From Candidatus Thorarchaeota archaeon (GTDB taxonomy: Archaea > Asgardarchaeota > Thorarchaeia > Thorarchaeales > Thorarchaeaceae): 51,483 bases of DNA. Position numbers and translations under genes: made by a program. A model generated the notes under the pieces. The model worked only from the letters and a program-made list of their open reading frames with translations, was not told the origin of the DNA and searched no databases. Of the stretch, positions 37,089-46,744 are shown in pieces (position 1 is the stretch's first letter; each line of letters starts with the position of its first letter). The stretch covers positions 1 through 51,483 of the forward strand of contig JBHLRQ010000011.1 of NCBI GenBank assembly GCA_048882385.1, given 5' to 3'.

Positions 37089-37700
37089 TTGATACAAGCC
37101 GTATACATCCTTATTGCCGACAGCGGACTATGTGTCCTTGATAGGAAATATGGAGAAGCGGATATGGACCCAAACCTCATCAGTGGGTTCCTTACAGCCT
37201 TGATTCAATTTGGCCGTGAACTTAGTGATGGTAATCGAGTTCATGTAATTGATTTTGGTGCGTTTGATATTTGTCTTTCACTGAAGAACAACGTGATTGT
37301 TGCAGCCACTGTCGACAAGGTGGATGATGGAAATGCTGCAATGGCAGTTCTTGGAGAGGTCAATAATTCATTTTCGAAGAAATACGGCGATATGTTAGCT
37401 GAATGGGATGGAAACCTCGAACCATTCGAGTCATTCTACTCAATTCTAGACAATATTACAAAGGAAGGGCGAGCATCTGAAACGAAGATTGTTGTTCCAG
37501 TATTGAAGGGAAAAGTCAATCCAATGTTAGTTCGTTTGGGGCAGATGAGTCAGGAAACCTTTGATATAGCCAAGAAATGTGATGGCAAACTCACAACAAG
37601 AGATATCGCAGATCAACTCGGAATGCATATGAAACAGGTTCAGAAGTCTCTAAACACACTTGAGGACATGAAAATCCTGGAGTGGAAAGAGATAGGATAA
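37089..37700 (+). CDS. Longin-like domain + winged helix (NPRL2-like architecture)
   Basis: IQAVYIL..SGLCV..DPNLISGFLTALIQFGREL (longin); VPVL...KCDGKLTTRDIADQLGM...SLNTL (wHTH). Confidence 0.8.
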   Translation: MIQAVYILIADSGLCVLDRKYGEADMDPNLISGFLTALIQFGRELSDGNRVHVIDFGAFDICLSLKNNVIVAATVDKVDDGNAAMAVLGEVNNSFSKKYGDMLAEWDGNLEPFESFYSILDNITKEGRASETKIVVPVLKGKVNPMLVRLGQMSQETFDIAKKCDGKLTTRDIADQLGMHMKQVQKSLNTLEDMKILEWKEIG

Positions 37701-37759
37701 AATCAAACCTACCTCATTCTAAGTACGTCTTCAAGGCGAACGATAGTTAGGCTTCAATC

Positions 37760-38458
37760 CTATGATGATTGTCCCCACTCATTGCCAACAGCTATCAGAA
37801 TCAAGCCTATAACAATCAGACCGGGTGCTAGAACTCCAGGTATTGTGACAGAACCAAACACAAGATCGCTGAGTAGATAACGACCTGCATGGATAACCCT
37901 TCCTGCAAATAATACAAAGAATCCAAGTCCAAGAAATAGATTGGATTTACGTAGATTTCCACCAGATTGCCAAGCAAGGTACCAGAATAGCAATGGTATG
38001 AATAGAGCGTATACCGCACCAGCAGAACCTGAAAGAAGAACTCTTGTCGCAGAGTCTAGAGAAACGAATCCTAGAAGAATTCCAATTCCAACTGCTGGAA
38101 TCGCGAATGCAATTTGAGCCCATTTTTTACCAAAAATCATGAAACCTGCGGTTGCAGAAAGTAATGCAAGTGCCATCCATTGGAAGAAGGCCCCAGCCAT
38201 AAGCCAGAATGGCGATTCACCAAGAAAAGGTGTCAATGTTCCAGAAAGGCTCTGAGGATCAGCGTAGAAATCACCTACGAAATAGAAACATCGACCAATA
38301 GCTAAGAGAAGGAAAAACAATGACATTGCAAACTGGAAAGGATTCCCAGTTTTCCTCCATCTTCGCCCCATGAATATGAAAAGGAAGAAGTAATATCCCA
38401 CGACCAAGAACCATAACCCTGCGTGAACTTCTCGAATAACCATGTCAGCAGTTTGCAT
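37760..38458 (-). CDS. Hypothetical ~7-TM membrane protein
   Basis: About seven hydrophobic segments; GGAGAT upstream of ATG. Confidence 0.8.
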   Translation of the reverse strand: MQTADMVIREVHAGLWFLVVGYYFFLFIFMGRRWRKTGNPFQFAMSLFFLLLAIGRCFYFVGDFYADPQSLSGTLTPFLGESPFWLMAGAFFQWMALALLSATAGFMIFGKKWAQIAFAIPAVGIGILLGFVSLDSATRVLLSGSAGAVYALFIPLLFWYLAWQSGGNLRKSNLFLGLGFFVLFAGRVIHAGRYLLSDLVFGSVTIPGVLAPGLIVIGLILIAVGNEWGQSS

Positions 38459-38564
38459 TGTATATCTCCATCCTGAACCTTCTGAATTACATTGAGATGC
38501 GCGCTAACAAATAAAGCTATTCTGCGCTAGTACAATTGGAGCCATACGACCAGATAAGTTCTAT

Positions 38565-39002
38565 ATGAGAGAATTTGATGTATTTTTTCGGTATTTTATG
38601 ACTTCAGGTGATACTTGGAAACTACAAAGGGATGACTCAACTGTAGATGAATTCATAGATATTCGTCGGAAGGTTGGAAACCAAGTGATCCGTGAATACC
38701 TGTTGAATAACATAATCGAGAGTAACAAAATAGAACGAGTCAGTGGCAAGCTCAGAGGTCCGAAGAATGAATTCAAGGATTTTGCCAAATTTCTAATCCT
38801 TAAGATTTCAATAAAGGGAGTATCTGCTAGATTTCTGGCTGAAGCAGGAGTGTATCAGAACCTCCGAATTGTAGCGGTTGATTCAAATGAACTCGCAAAT
38901 CGAAATTCTGAGAGTCTAATCAAGATTTTCGCGGATGCTCTCGAAAATCCAGAAATATATGATACTCGACTAGTCCTCAGTGAGGATTCAAAGGTCCGAT
39001 GA
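38565..39002 (+). CDS. Hypothetical protein
   Basis: 145-aa ORF, 11 nt from next gene. Confidence 0.7.
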   Translation: MREFDVFFRYFMTSGDTWKLQRDDSTVDEFIDIRRKVGNQVIREYLLNNIIESNKIERVSGKLRGPKNEFKDFAKFLILKISIKGVSARFLAEAGVYQNLRIVAVDSNELANRNSESLIKIFADALENPEIYDTRLVLSEDSKVR

Positions 39003-39013
39003 GGCTTTGAAAG

Positions 39014-39205
39014 ATGTTTGAAAGATATGCTAAATGTCCAATCTGCGGAAAAAGAACTGTTCTAAAAGTCCCACCGGATGTCGTTAATAATGTTGAACGA
39101 TATCCCTTTACCGTGAAAGTAAAACACGAGGATCATTATTTCTACATCAATCTAGATAGCAGAGCATGGATTACAGATATATTACATCCTGAGGTTGTTG
39201 AGTGA
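39014..39205 (+). CDS. Small putative zinc-binding protein (CxxC...HxxH)
   Basis: KCPICGK...YPFTVKVKHEDH. Confidence 0.7.
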   Translation: MFERYAKCPICGKRTVLKVPPDVVNNVERYPFTVKVKHEDHYFYINLDSRAWITDILHPEVVE

Positions 39206-39206
39206 A

Positions 39207-39998
39207 TCATCCTATGTATCTATCAGATGGACTATCTGCATCTTCGGAGGGAGGCCCTTTCTGAGCAATCTCATCCATAGCCCATTTTATGAACTCCACA
39301 ACTTTGTCAACCTCTGTGTCTATAACATCAAAATGTGCTTTAATTCCAACAAGATTCGCGAGTTTTTGGAGCAGGATTCGAGCAGCCCTATAATCAGCTT
39401 TTATGACGCCAATTGTTTCACCCAACAAACAGGCGCCTTCCATATTGTATACCGATGCCGCCCATGATGGAATGATTCCATTTGCACCCACAACGACTCC
39501 TTCTTCAGTAGCAATCATTCCATCTGTCTTGATTATTTTCTGCAATAATTCATTGGAGCTAGCGGATGTATAGATACGTGGTGGTAGAGGGAATTGTTTG
39601 AAGTATTCTTGATACCCTTGCTCATATGCAGCAAGAGCGTACATCTCTTTCACGCCAAACTTTGTAAATTCATTAGCAACATAATCTGCATACTCGAATA
39701 CTCCACTTCCTGATGCAGGTTGAAAATCAGCCGTTAGCAAGAGAAGGTCATGTGGTTCATCAGGAGCTGCACTGTATAGATGAATCGTTGACTTTGGACA
39801 CCTAGAGATTCCTTGATGAACTATAACACGTGGAGGAAAATCGTTGCTGAAGAAATCAACTATATGTATTGCATCTAGAACATGCGCCAAAGTTTCCACT
39901 GCGATCTTGCCTACATTCGCTATTCCAGGTAATCCGACTATGCCAATTGGATTCTTGAGTGAAGATTCATCCAGATCAATATAACGACGAGTATACAT
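39207..39998 (-). CDS. PAC2-family proteasome assembly chaperone
   Basis: GLPGIANVGKIA, DFPP, GVVVGANG, GACLLGET, ADYRAA, C-terminal RYIG; ATG at 39998 preferred. Confidence 0.88.
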   Translation of the reverse strand: MYTRRYIDLDESSLKNPIGIVGLPGIANVGKIAVETLAHVLDAIHIVDFFSNDFPPRVIVHQGISRCPKSTIHLYSAAPDEPHDLLLLTADFQPASGSGVFEYADYVANEFTKFGVKEMYALAAYEQGYQEYFKQFPLPPRIYTSASSNELLQKIIKTDGMIATEEGVVVGANGIIPSWAASVYNMEGACLLGETIGVIKADYRAARILLQKLANLVGIKAHFDVIDTEVDKVVEFIKWAMDEIAQKGPPSEDADSPSDRYIG

Positions 39999-40045
39999 GT
40001 ATAACAATTTAAGATGAAACCATTTGGCAGTTTGGGTTAAAGACA

Positions 40046-40798
40046 TTACAGTCCATAGAAGCGTTTGGCATTCTCAGTGGTAGTATTTGCAATATCATCA
40101 AGCGGAAATTCTAGAATCTTTCTAAGAGTTTCAGCTCCATAGACAATCTTTCCAGGCTCATTTCGTTCATTGTCTGGAGATAGATAGGGACCATCGGATT
40201 CTAGAAGAATCTGTGAAAGAGGAATTATTTTTGCAGCTTCGGTTCTGTTTCGATACTTGCCAAAGTTTGCAGGCAGAGTGATATACCATCCATTATCAGA
40301 TACTCTCTTTGCGACTTCAGGAGACCCATCGAAACAATGCATGAGCACATCTCCTGAAAATGTCTTCTCAAGAATTTCTGTTGCTTCGGCCTCAGCTTTG
40401 CGAGAATGAATGACCAATGGCAAGTCCAATTCAATTGCTAGGTCAATGAACATTTGAAAAAGAGGTTCTTGGGCTTTCCGTCCACTGGAATCCTTAATCC
40501 AATAATAATCCAATCCAACTTCGCCTACAGCTATGACATCTTTGGCATATTTCCGAGTGAGTGAGACAATTTTTTCAGCCTCATCATGTGTAAGCCTCGA
40601 CACTCCACATCCAGCGGAATGATAGATGTAATCTGGATGCTTTGAAATAATACCTAGAGTTCTGCGAAATGATGCAGCGCTAATTGAACAAGTCACCATC
40701 CCCACAAGTCCAGCCTTCTTAGCTCTTTCAATGACTCTCTCTCTATCATGTTTGTAATGGTTCATGTCAATATGTGTGTGCGAATCGAAAAGATGCAT
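40046..40798 (-). CDS. tatD: TatD-family hydrolase/DNase
   Basis: DSHTH, GEVGLDY, VIHSR, MHCF, LESDGPYL. Confidence 0.92.
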   Translation of the reverse strand: MHLFDSHTHIDMNHYKHDRERVIERAKKAGLVGMVTCSISAASFRRTLGIISKHPDYIYHSAGCGVSRLTHDEAEKIVSLTRKYAKDVIAVGEVGLDYYWIKDSSGRKAQEPLFQMFIDLAIELDLPLVIHSRKAEAEATEILEKTFSGDVLMHCFDGSPEVAKRVSDNGWYITLPANFGKYRNRTEAAKIIPLSQILLESDGPYLSPDNERNEPGKIVYGAETLRKILEFPLDDIANTTTENAKRFYGL

Positions 40799-40878
40799 TT
40801 GTCACACTCCAAGTCAATCCTATTTACACGAGACGCCTTTAATTATCGATAGATATGGTCATGTTTTTGGGGACCATC

Positions 40879-41778
40879 ATGTCAGACGACATCAATGAAC
40901 GCCTAAAAGATAAGACGATGCAAATTGTATCATTGAATCAAAAACTTGAGGTGTTGCAAGCTCAGCTTGGAGGTTCACAGAGGAGAGCTAATCAACTTGG
41001 TGAACAGGTTGCTCAGTTGGAATCAACATTGGCACAGAAAGATTCGGAGATTCAGATGCTTACTACTGAGCTATCAAAGACAAGAGGAGCTCTTGAAGCT
41101 GTAGGCAAAGAAGTACAAGGAATTAAAGCTGAACAGACGCAGCAATTACTCAAAAGAAAACCTGACGAGGAGTATTCCTTGAAAGAGGAACTCAATCTTG
41201 CAGAACAGCGTGTTAGGAAACTACAGGAGGATTTGAAACGATTCTCAGTAGCTGCTACATCTGCCTTAAACAAAGAAGATGGAGCTGATGAGATGCTTCG
41301 ACAGGTCTTACTTGAGGTTGGAGATCCAAAATACAGAATCCTGAATATTGTGTTGAATAGAAAATCCATTCGGATAGAAGAAATCGCCTCAACTCTCGTT
41401 ATTGATGTTTCAGAAGCGCTCCAAAAAGTTGAGTCATTGCAGATTGCTGGAGAGATTGAAATAAAGGATGGAAGTACTATTATTCCAGCTAGGAAATATA
41501 GGGAGCTCAAGGTGCCAAAGGACCAATGGAATGCAATGGAACCAGATGCTATTTTTGTTGGTCTTGAAGAGTTCATCGGAAAGACTGATGACTCAACCAG
41601 TATTGTTAACGCTCTCGAAACAGCTGTTGAAATACTTGAGCAAAAGCTTGTTCGTGGTGGTGCGCTTGTTTTTCAGATGAGACGCACAGCAGACACGTGG
41701 AAGAAGCAAGCAGGAAATCTTGAAGAACTTCGGTATGCAGTGAAAGATTGGAGAATTAGAGCTCAGACTATGGTCTAA
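40879..41778 (+). CDS. Coiled-coil + winged-helix hypothetical protein
   Basis: Long heptad region, then KYRILNIV...IEEIASTL...LQIAGEIEI; start ATG 40879 or upstream at 40855. Confidence 0.78.
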   Translation: MSDDINERLKDKTMQIVSLNQKLEVLQAQLGGSQRRANQLGEQVAQLESTLAQKDSEIQMLTTELSKTRGALEAVGKEVQGIKAEQTQQLLKRKPDEEYSLKEELNLAEQRVRKLQEDLKRFSVAATSALNKEDGADEMLRQVLLEVGDPKYRILNIVLNRKSIRIEEIASTLVIDVSEALQKVESLQIAGEIEIKDGSTIIPARKYRELKVPKDQWNAMEPDAIFVGLEEFIGKTDDSTSIVNALETAVEILEQKLVRGGALVFQMRRTADTWKKQAGNLEELRYAVKDWRIRAQTMV

Positions 41779-42182
41779 TCCTTCTTAGATTTGTTATTGC
41801 TCTCTTTGATAGCTTCTTTCACATATGTTCCAAAATCTGAAGTTTCACCATCTCGTTGGACACGAATCTTTGTTGGTTCACCTTTTACTTGGCGTTCGAC
41901 ATAGCGAATGTCGAGTTGAGTGATTGTTTGACGCAATCCTCGATATACAATAAGGTATAGAATCACATCCTCAACGCGTTTGCCAATTGGTGGTTCATGT
42001 TTCTTCAAGGCATCCAAATAGCTTTGGGCTTCAGGATTTAGAAAACGTTTGAGAAGTTTAGCACGTTCCACACCTGTTTTCGCCTCTTTCTCTTTTTGAG
42101 CTTGCAATTGTTTTTCTCTTGCAACAAGTTCAGCCATCTTTTTTCTTCGAATCATGGCTAGCTCAGAGTCATCGTCATTCAG
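41775..42182 (-). CDS. PDCD5/TFAR19-like dsDNA-binding protein
   Basis: NDDDSELAMIRRKKMAEL, LKRFLNPEA..YL, VEDVIL, TKIRVQR; in-frame CTG at 42182 after GAGGT restores the typical acidic N-terminus. Confidence 0.8.
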   Translation of the reverse strand: MNDDDSELAMIRRKKMAELVAREKQLQAQKEKEAKTGVERAKLLKRFLNPEAQSYLDALKKHEPPIGKRVEDVILYLIVYRGLRQTITQLDIRYVERQVKGEPTKIRVQRDGETSDFGTYVKEAIKESNNKSKKD

Positions 42183-42293
42183 TGTGGATACCTCAAGATT
42201 TTTCGCATTTTTGATGCTGTTAAAGATAACGATACAGCGAGGGTTGGTTTTTTAACATTCATGTAGAAGACTGACATAGACATCTGTAGAGAA

Positions 42294-43250
42294 GTGAAGT
42301 ATTTGGCTACTGAATACAAGTGTATGTGGTTGGGTACAGCAAAGGACTCAGATAAACCATACTGCAGATTGAGAGGACAAATAATACCAAGAATGGAAGC
42401 CACAGCAAAATGCCAAGTCCCAGATCTAGCAACAATGTGCATCGATGCCTATAGTTCTCTAGCACGAGGCCAAGATGCCATGGAATCTAACAGTACTGAT
42501 GCTTTTCCATGGTTAATCGAGTCTGCAACGCAGTTCGAAAACCTTGGAGAAACTGATAATGCAATCCTCACATATGTAAAGGCCATTGAGTTTGCAAACA
42601 AGAGTGACTTGGTTGAGAGAGCATACGATTTCTTTATCGCCGCCAGAATTGTTTTTGAAGATGGGATTGCAGATGGAGACCCTGCTTTGAAAGACGCATC
42701 CACTAAACAGGAGCTCGTAAAAGTAGCGAACGATCTTATGGAAAAAGTCCGAATTGTAGCTGAACGTGCACCAACGACAGAGATGCAAGCAGAATTGAAG
42801 GCAGCTGTTCTGGGTGGTGTGACACTGAAGAAAGCGCAGGATTCGAAAGTAGATACAAAAGACTTGATTATTAGCCACGGGCGTACTTTATACACTAAAA
42901 AAGCACAGGAGTACAGGGATGGTGCTGAGTCCTACATCAAATCAGGGATGGTGAAGAATGCTGTAACATTGGCATGTATGGCAGCACTAGCAGATCTTAT
43001 GCTTGGTAAACCAAAAGAAGGAATGGCATACCTTACCAAGGTGACAGCTGAGTCTGGTGATAGTCAAGCATTCAATGAACACCCATGTTTTGCATGGACT
43101 AAACTGATTTTCAAGATTCTAATTAATCGGGATCAAAATATGATGATTACTGCAAACAAGACCTTTCTAGAAATTCCTTGGTCATTCAAGGATGATAGAG
43201 AATTTGCTCGTAGAGTTATGGAGTCAGTTGAAAGAAGGATTACTGCTTGA
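42294..43250 (+). CDS. Helical-repeat (TPR/alpha-SNAP-like) protein with N-terminal 4-Cys cluster and WH2-like motif
   Basis: C..C..C..C in first 50 aa; SATQFENLGETDNAILTYVKA TPR-like helices; ELKAAVLGGVTLKKA. Confidence 0.7.
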   Translation: MKYLATEYKCMWLGTAKDSDKPYCRLRGQIIPRMEATAKCQVPDLATMCIDAYSSLARGQDAMESNSTDAFPWLIESATQFENLGETDNAILTYVKAIEFANKSDLVERAYDFFIAARIVFEDGIADGDPALKDASTKQELVKVANDLMEKVRIVAERAPTTEMQAELKAAVLGGVTLKKAQDSKVDTKDLIISHGRTLYTKKAQEYRDGAESYIKSGMVKNAVTLACMAALADLMLGKPKEGMAYLTKVTAESGDSQAFNEHPCFAWTKLIFKILINRDQNMMITANKTFLEIPWSFKDDREFARRVMESVERRITA

Positions 43251-44553
43251 TTTTGAATCGTGCAATGAAGAAACCACTACATGCGTGTTTATGAGGGAAC
43301 AATCGGCGTACAAAAGAGGAACACTTGAATCCAGAGTATCCAGGATCGCCATAATCAATGGGTTGTAGAAGTTCAATATCATGACGTTGCATAATCGAAT
43401 CAATTTGTGATTCACCTTCGTGTGGAAGAATCGAACATGTAGAAAATACAATCTCAGTGCCAGGTCTATCGACATAGGCGGAGAGGATAGCATCGAGAAT
43501 CTTGTTCTGGATAGTCATGAGCGCAAATAGTGTATCTTTGTTCAATCGCCATTTGAATGAGGGATATGACTGGAGAATTCCAGTAGATGTACATGGAGCA
43601 TCGATGAGAATCTTGTCGGCATCATGAACTAAAGGTTCGGTTGCATCAGCATGAATCCATTCGATGTGAGATGCATTGAGATTAATGGACAATTCCTTTC
43701 CTATTCTTACTCTGTCTGGATATACATCAGTCGCAATAATTTGTCCCTGTTTCATTGTTTTCTCAGCAATTAGTTGGGTCTTCATACCGGGAGCTGCACA
43801 CGCATCCCATATTTTCTGACCAGGTTTTGGATCAAGAGTGTTGACTGTGATGATACTTGCCTTGTCCTGGATGATCGCATGTCCATCTTTGAATGCCTGT
43901 GAACTAACTACCGAATCAACACCTTCCACTATTCGGAAAATATCTGGTACTTCACGATCACGAACCAATTTGACATTCTTTAGTGAATCAAAAACAGATT
44001 CAGCCTCATCATAGAGTCGATTTGGGCGAACATAGTAAACCCTGTTTTGATTATTTACTGTCATTAGCTGAACTGACTCCTCCAATGATAGGTTATCGAG
44101 AAGTGTCTTTACTAAAAATGTAGGATGAGAATGCTTCAAACTCAATCTGTTGATTAATGGCATTTCTTCAATAGCAGCATCTAAACTAAATGCTATCGCT
44201 CGATTGAACTCTCTTTCAAAGTTTGACTTGAGTGAAGGATAAAGTGAGTGGATTCTGGTAATATCACCTTGAAGCCATTTAGCTTCATAGACTGCAGCCC
44301 TGAGGAGATTCCTATCATATGGACTCAAGTTATGAAGCTTCTCTTTCATTAGTGATCTTGAAAGCACAAAGTCAATTGTGTTTCTAAATCTCAAAACAGA
44401 AAGCACCAATGATTGTATACGAGTTAGTGAATCAGGAGAATCGATGGAGATTGTTTGTAGCTCACGTAGAAGGGTCTTCATTGATGTAGAAGATTGCTCA
44501 TATTTGATCAATAAATCAACAGCATCTATTCTAGTTGACATATCCTGATTCAT
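43240..44553 (-). CDS. RsmB/NOP2 (Fmu/Sun)-family RNA m5C methyltransferase with NusB-like N-terminus
   Basis: IQDKAS, DACAAPGMKT, DAPCTSTG, FSTCS, GFFIARF. Confidence 0.92.
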   Translation of the reverse strand: MNQDMSTRIDAVDLLIKYEQSSTSMKTLLRELQTISIDSPDSLTRIQSLVLSVLRFRNTIDFVLSRSLMKEKLHNLSPYDRNLLRAAVYEAKWLQGDITRIHSLYPSLKSNFEREFNRAIAFSLDAAIEEMPLINRLSLKHSHPTFLVKTLLDNLSLEESVQLMTVNNQNRVYYVRPNRLYDEAESVFDSLKNVKLVRDREVPDIFRIVEGVDSVVSSQAFKDGHAIIQDKASIITVNTLDPKPGQKIWDACAAPGMKTQLIAEKTMKQGQIIATDVYPDRVRIGKELSINLNASHIEWIHADATEPLVHDADKILIDAPCTSTGILQSYPSFKWRLNKDTLFALMTIQNKILDAILSAYVDRPGTEIVFSTCSILPHEGESQIDSIMQRHDIELLQPIDYGDPGYSGFKCSSFVRRLFPHKHACSGFFIARFKIKQ

Positions 44554-44594
44554 GATTAGAGTGCTAGTGTTGAAATCCTGTTCAATCTTGCTGT

Positions 44595-46619
44595 TTATTC
44601 CTTAATAGGAGGCATAACATTGGCATAGCCATCCATTACTACAACATTATCTTGATTATAGACATCGAATTTAACTCGACAGAGATTATTCTCAGGAACT
44701 TTTTCTGTGACTTCTACAACAGCTCGTATTTCATCTCCAGGATAGACAGGAGCTTTGAAATTTACTTTCATATTGAATGCTAAAGTACCAAGTCCAGGCA
44801 GCTGCGTACCAATCACACGTGCTACTAAGGCACCACCAATCGGACCGTGAGCGATTCGTTTTCCAAACATCGTAGTTGAAGCGTATTCATCATCCATATG
44901 AAGTGCATTGTAGTCTCCAGACATTTGAGCATACAAGTCAATGTGTTCTTCGGATACTACCATGCTTGACTCTGCTTTCTCTCCAACTTCAATTTCTTCA
45001 AGACTTTTTCCAAGTTTAAACTTGGATTTCATTGGAGCTTCATTCTTCTCTATGGACATGTCAATAGGAATGCCTTGAAAAATCTCTGGAGTGAATCTGA
45101 ACATTCTGGCAAATTTCATCAGGAGTTCCATGTCATCTGTATCAATCACGACTTTCTCAGCCATCATAGCTTGCAATGCGTCAAGTTTCCCAAGTAAGAT
45201 ATCGCGCCAGGTCTGTGAATCTGTCTTCACAGTCATTTTTGGATTCTCAGATTCTCCTTTTTTGATGGAGCAGTTTTGATGCTCGATATTCAGGATCCAC
45301 GTATCAGCATCATCAAAAGAGAAACGAATTACTGCAGATACTCCAACAGCCCGATCAGGACGAAAACCATTTGGTATAGCAGCCATCATCGTATCGAAAT
45401 CTAGATCTTCGATTTCAGGTGAAATCTGAATGGAAGAATCACGTAGACTTTCTATATAGACTTCCCTTTGAATCAAGAAACGTAAAATCTCTGAAGTCCC
45501 ACCACCAATTGTGCCCAAACGGGCATCGCGATAGAATTTTTCCAGCGGGTAATAGTCTTTGACATATCCAGCTCCACCACAAATCTGAATCGCCATATCA
45601 CAGCATTCCACAGATACTTCACTTGCATAGAGTTTGGCAATAGTTGCTTCTTTCGTACAGGGAATATCATTCTGAATCATTCTAGCAGCAGAAATAAGGA
45701 GCAGTCTAGCTGCACGGATCTTTACAGCCATATCAGCAACCTTGAAAGAAACACCCTCAAACCGAGAGATTGGTGTTCCAAATTGTTCACGCTCTTGAGA
45801 GTATTTGACAGCAATTTCGAATGGGGTTCTCATGCATCCAAGTGCTTCAGCAGCTATGCCAATACGCTCCGAGTCCAGTTCATTCATAAGGATTAAGAAT
45901 CCCTGATTCTGTTTCCCAAGCAGATTTTCTTTTGGCACCTTCAAATTGTTAAGGCTGAAATGAGTAACACGAACTCCTTCGCGACCCATCAAGTTGAAGT
46001 CCTTCTCAACCTTGAAACCATCCCAAGAGGTTTCGATAATAAATGCAGACATGCCACTCTTACTGTCAACCGTTGGATCAGTAATAGCAAATACAACAAT
46101 CTGGTCAGCGATGCTAGCATTTGTGATATATCGCTTCTCACCATTAAGAATCCAACAATCTTGTTCCTTATCCCATTTTGCAGTTGTCACCATCCCAGCA
46201 GTGTCACTACCCACTTTCGGTTCAGTGATTGCTAGAGCACCAATTTTCTCTCCTCTTGCAAGAGGTACCAAGTACTTTTCCTTTTGTTCTTCTGAACCAT
46301 AGCGAAGAATTGGGATAGCAGATAGTGTGCAACTCGCTCCAAACATCATAGTCGCAGATGGACAGATTGCAGAGATTTCCTCTCCAGCAATTAACTGATA
46401 CATGAATGGCTTCTCAGTACCGCCATACTTCTTAGGAATTAATAGACCCGATAGACCAAAGTCACCGAGTTTTTTGAAATAACTACGAAAATCAAAATCG
46501 GGTTGTGTGATATTATCTACAATAGGTTGGATTTCCTTTTCAGCCCACTCTCGCACCTTTTGTCGAAATTCAAGCTCATCCTTTGTATATAGCAGCTCAT
46601 CGTCATTCATTTGAGTCAT
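44595..46619 (-). CDS. Acyl-CoA dehydrogenase + SCP2 sterol-carrier + MaoC-type hydratase fusion
   Basis: ITEPKVGSD, LNGEKRYITN, REQFG, YRDAR..TIGGGT; SCP2 (TWRDILLGKLDALQAMMAEKVVI); MaoC (GDYNALH, IAHG, FKAPVYPGD); ATG 46619 after GAGGTG. Confidence 0.92.
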   Translation of the reverse strand: MTQMNDDELLYTKDELEFRQKVREWAEKEIQPIVDNITQPDFDFRSYFKKLGDFGLSGLLIPKKYGGTEKPFMYQLIAGEEISAICPSATMMFGASCTLSAIPILRYGSEEQKEKYLVPLARGEKIGALAITEPKVGSDTAGMVTTAKWDKEQDCWILNGEKRYITNASIADQIVVFAITDPTVDSKSGMSAFIIETSWDGFKVEKDFNLMGREGVRVTHFSLNNLKVPKENLLGKQNQGFLILMNELDSERIGIAAEALGCMRTPFEIAVKYSQEREQFGTPISRFEGVSFKVADMAVKIRAARLLLISAARMIQNDIPCTKEATIAKLYASEVSVECCDMAIQICGGAGYVKDYYPLEKFYRDARLGTIGGGTSEILRFLIQREVYIESLRDSSIQISPEIEDLDFDTMMAAIPNGFRPDRAVGVSAVIRFSFDDADTWILNIEHQNCSIKKGESENPKMTVKTDSQTWRDILLGKLDALQAMMAEKVVIDTDDMELLMKFARMFRFTPEIFQGIPIDMSIEKNEAPMKSKFKLGKSLEEIEVGEKAESSMVVSEEHIDLYAQMSGDYNALHMDDEYASTTMFGKRIAHGPIGGALVARVIGTQLPGLGTLAFNMKVNFKAPVYPGDEIRAVVEVTEKVPENNLCRVKFDVYNQDNVVVMDGYANVMPPIKE

Positions 46620-46744
46620 ATACTTGCACCTCAAGTCCGAGTTGACGGATTCATCCAGTTTAGAAGCTCTTAAATCTCCTCTCATAGCCGACCATGCCTC
46701 GGGTTTCACACAACTCAAAACCGATTCATAGGAGCTACAGAATT

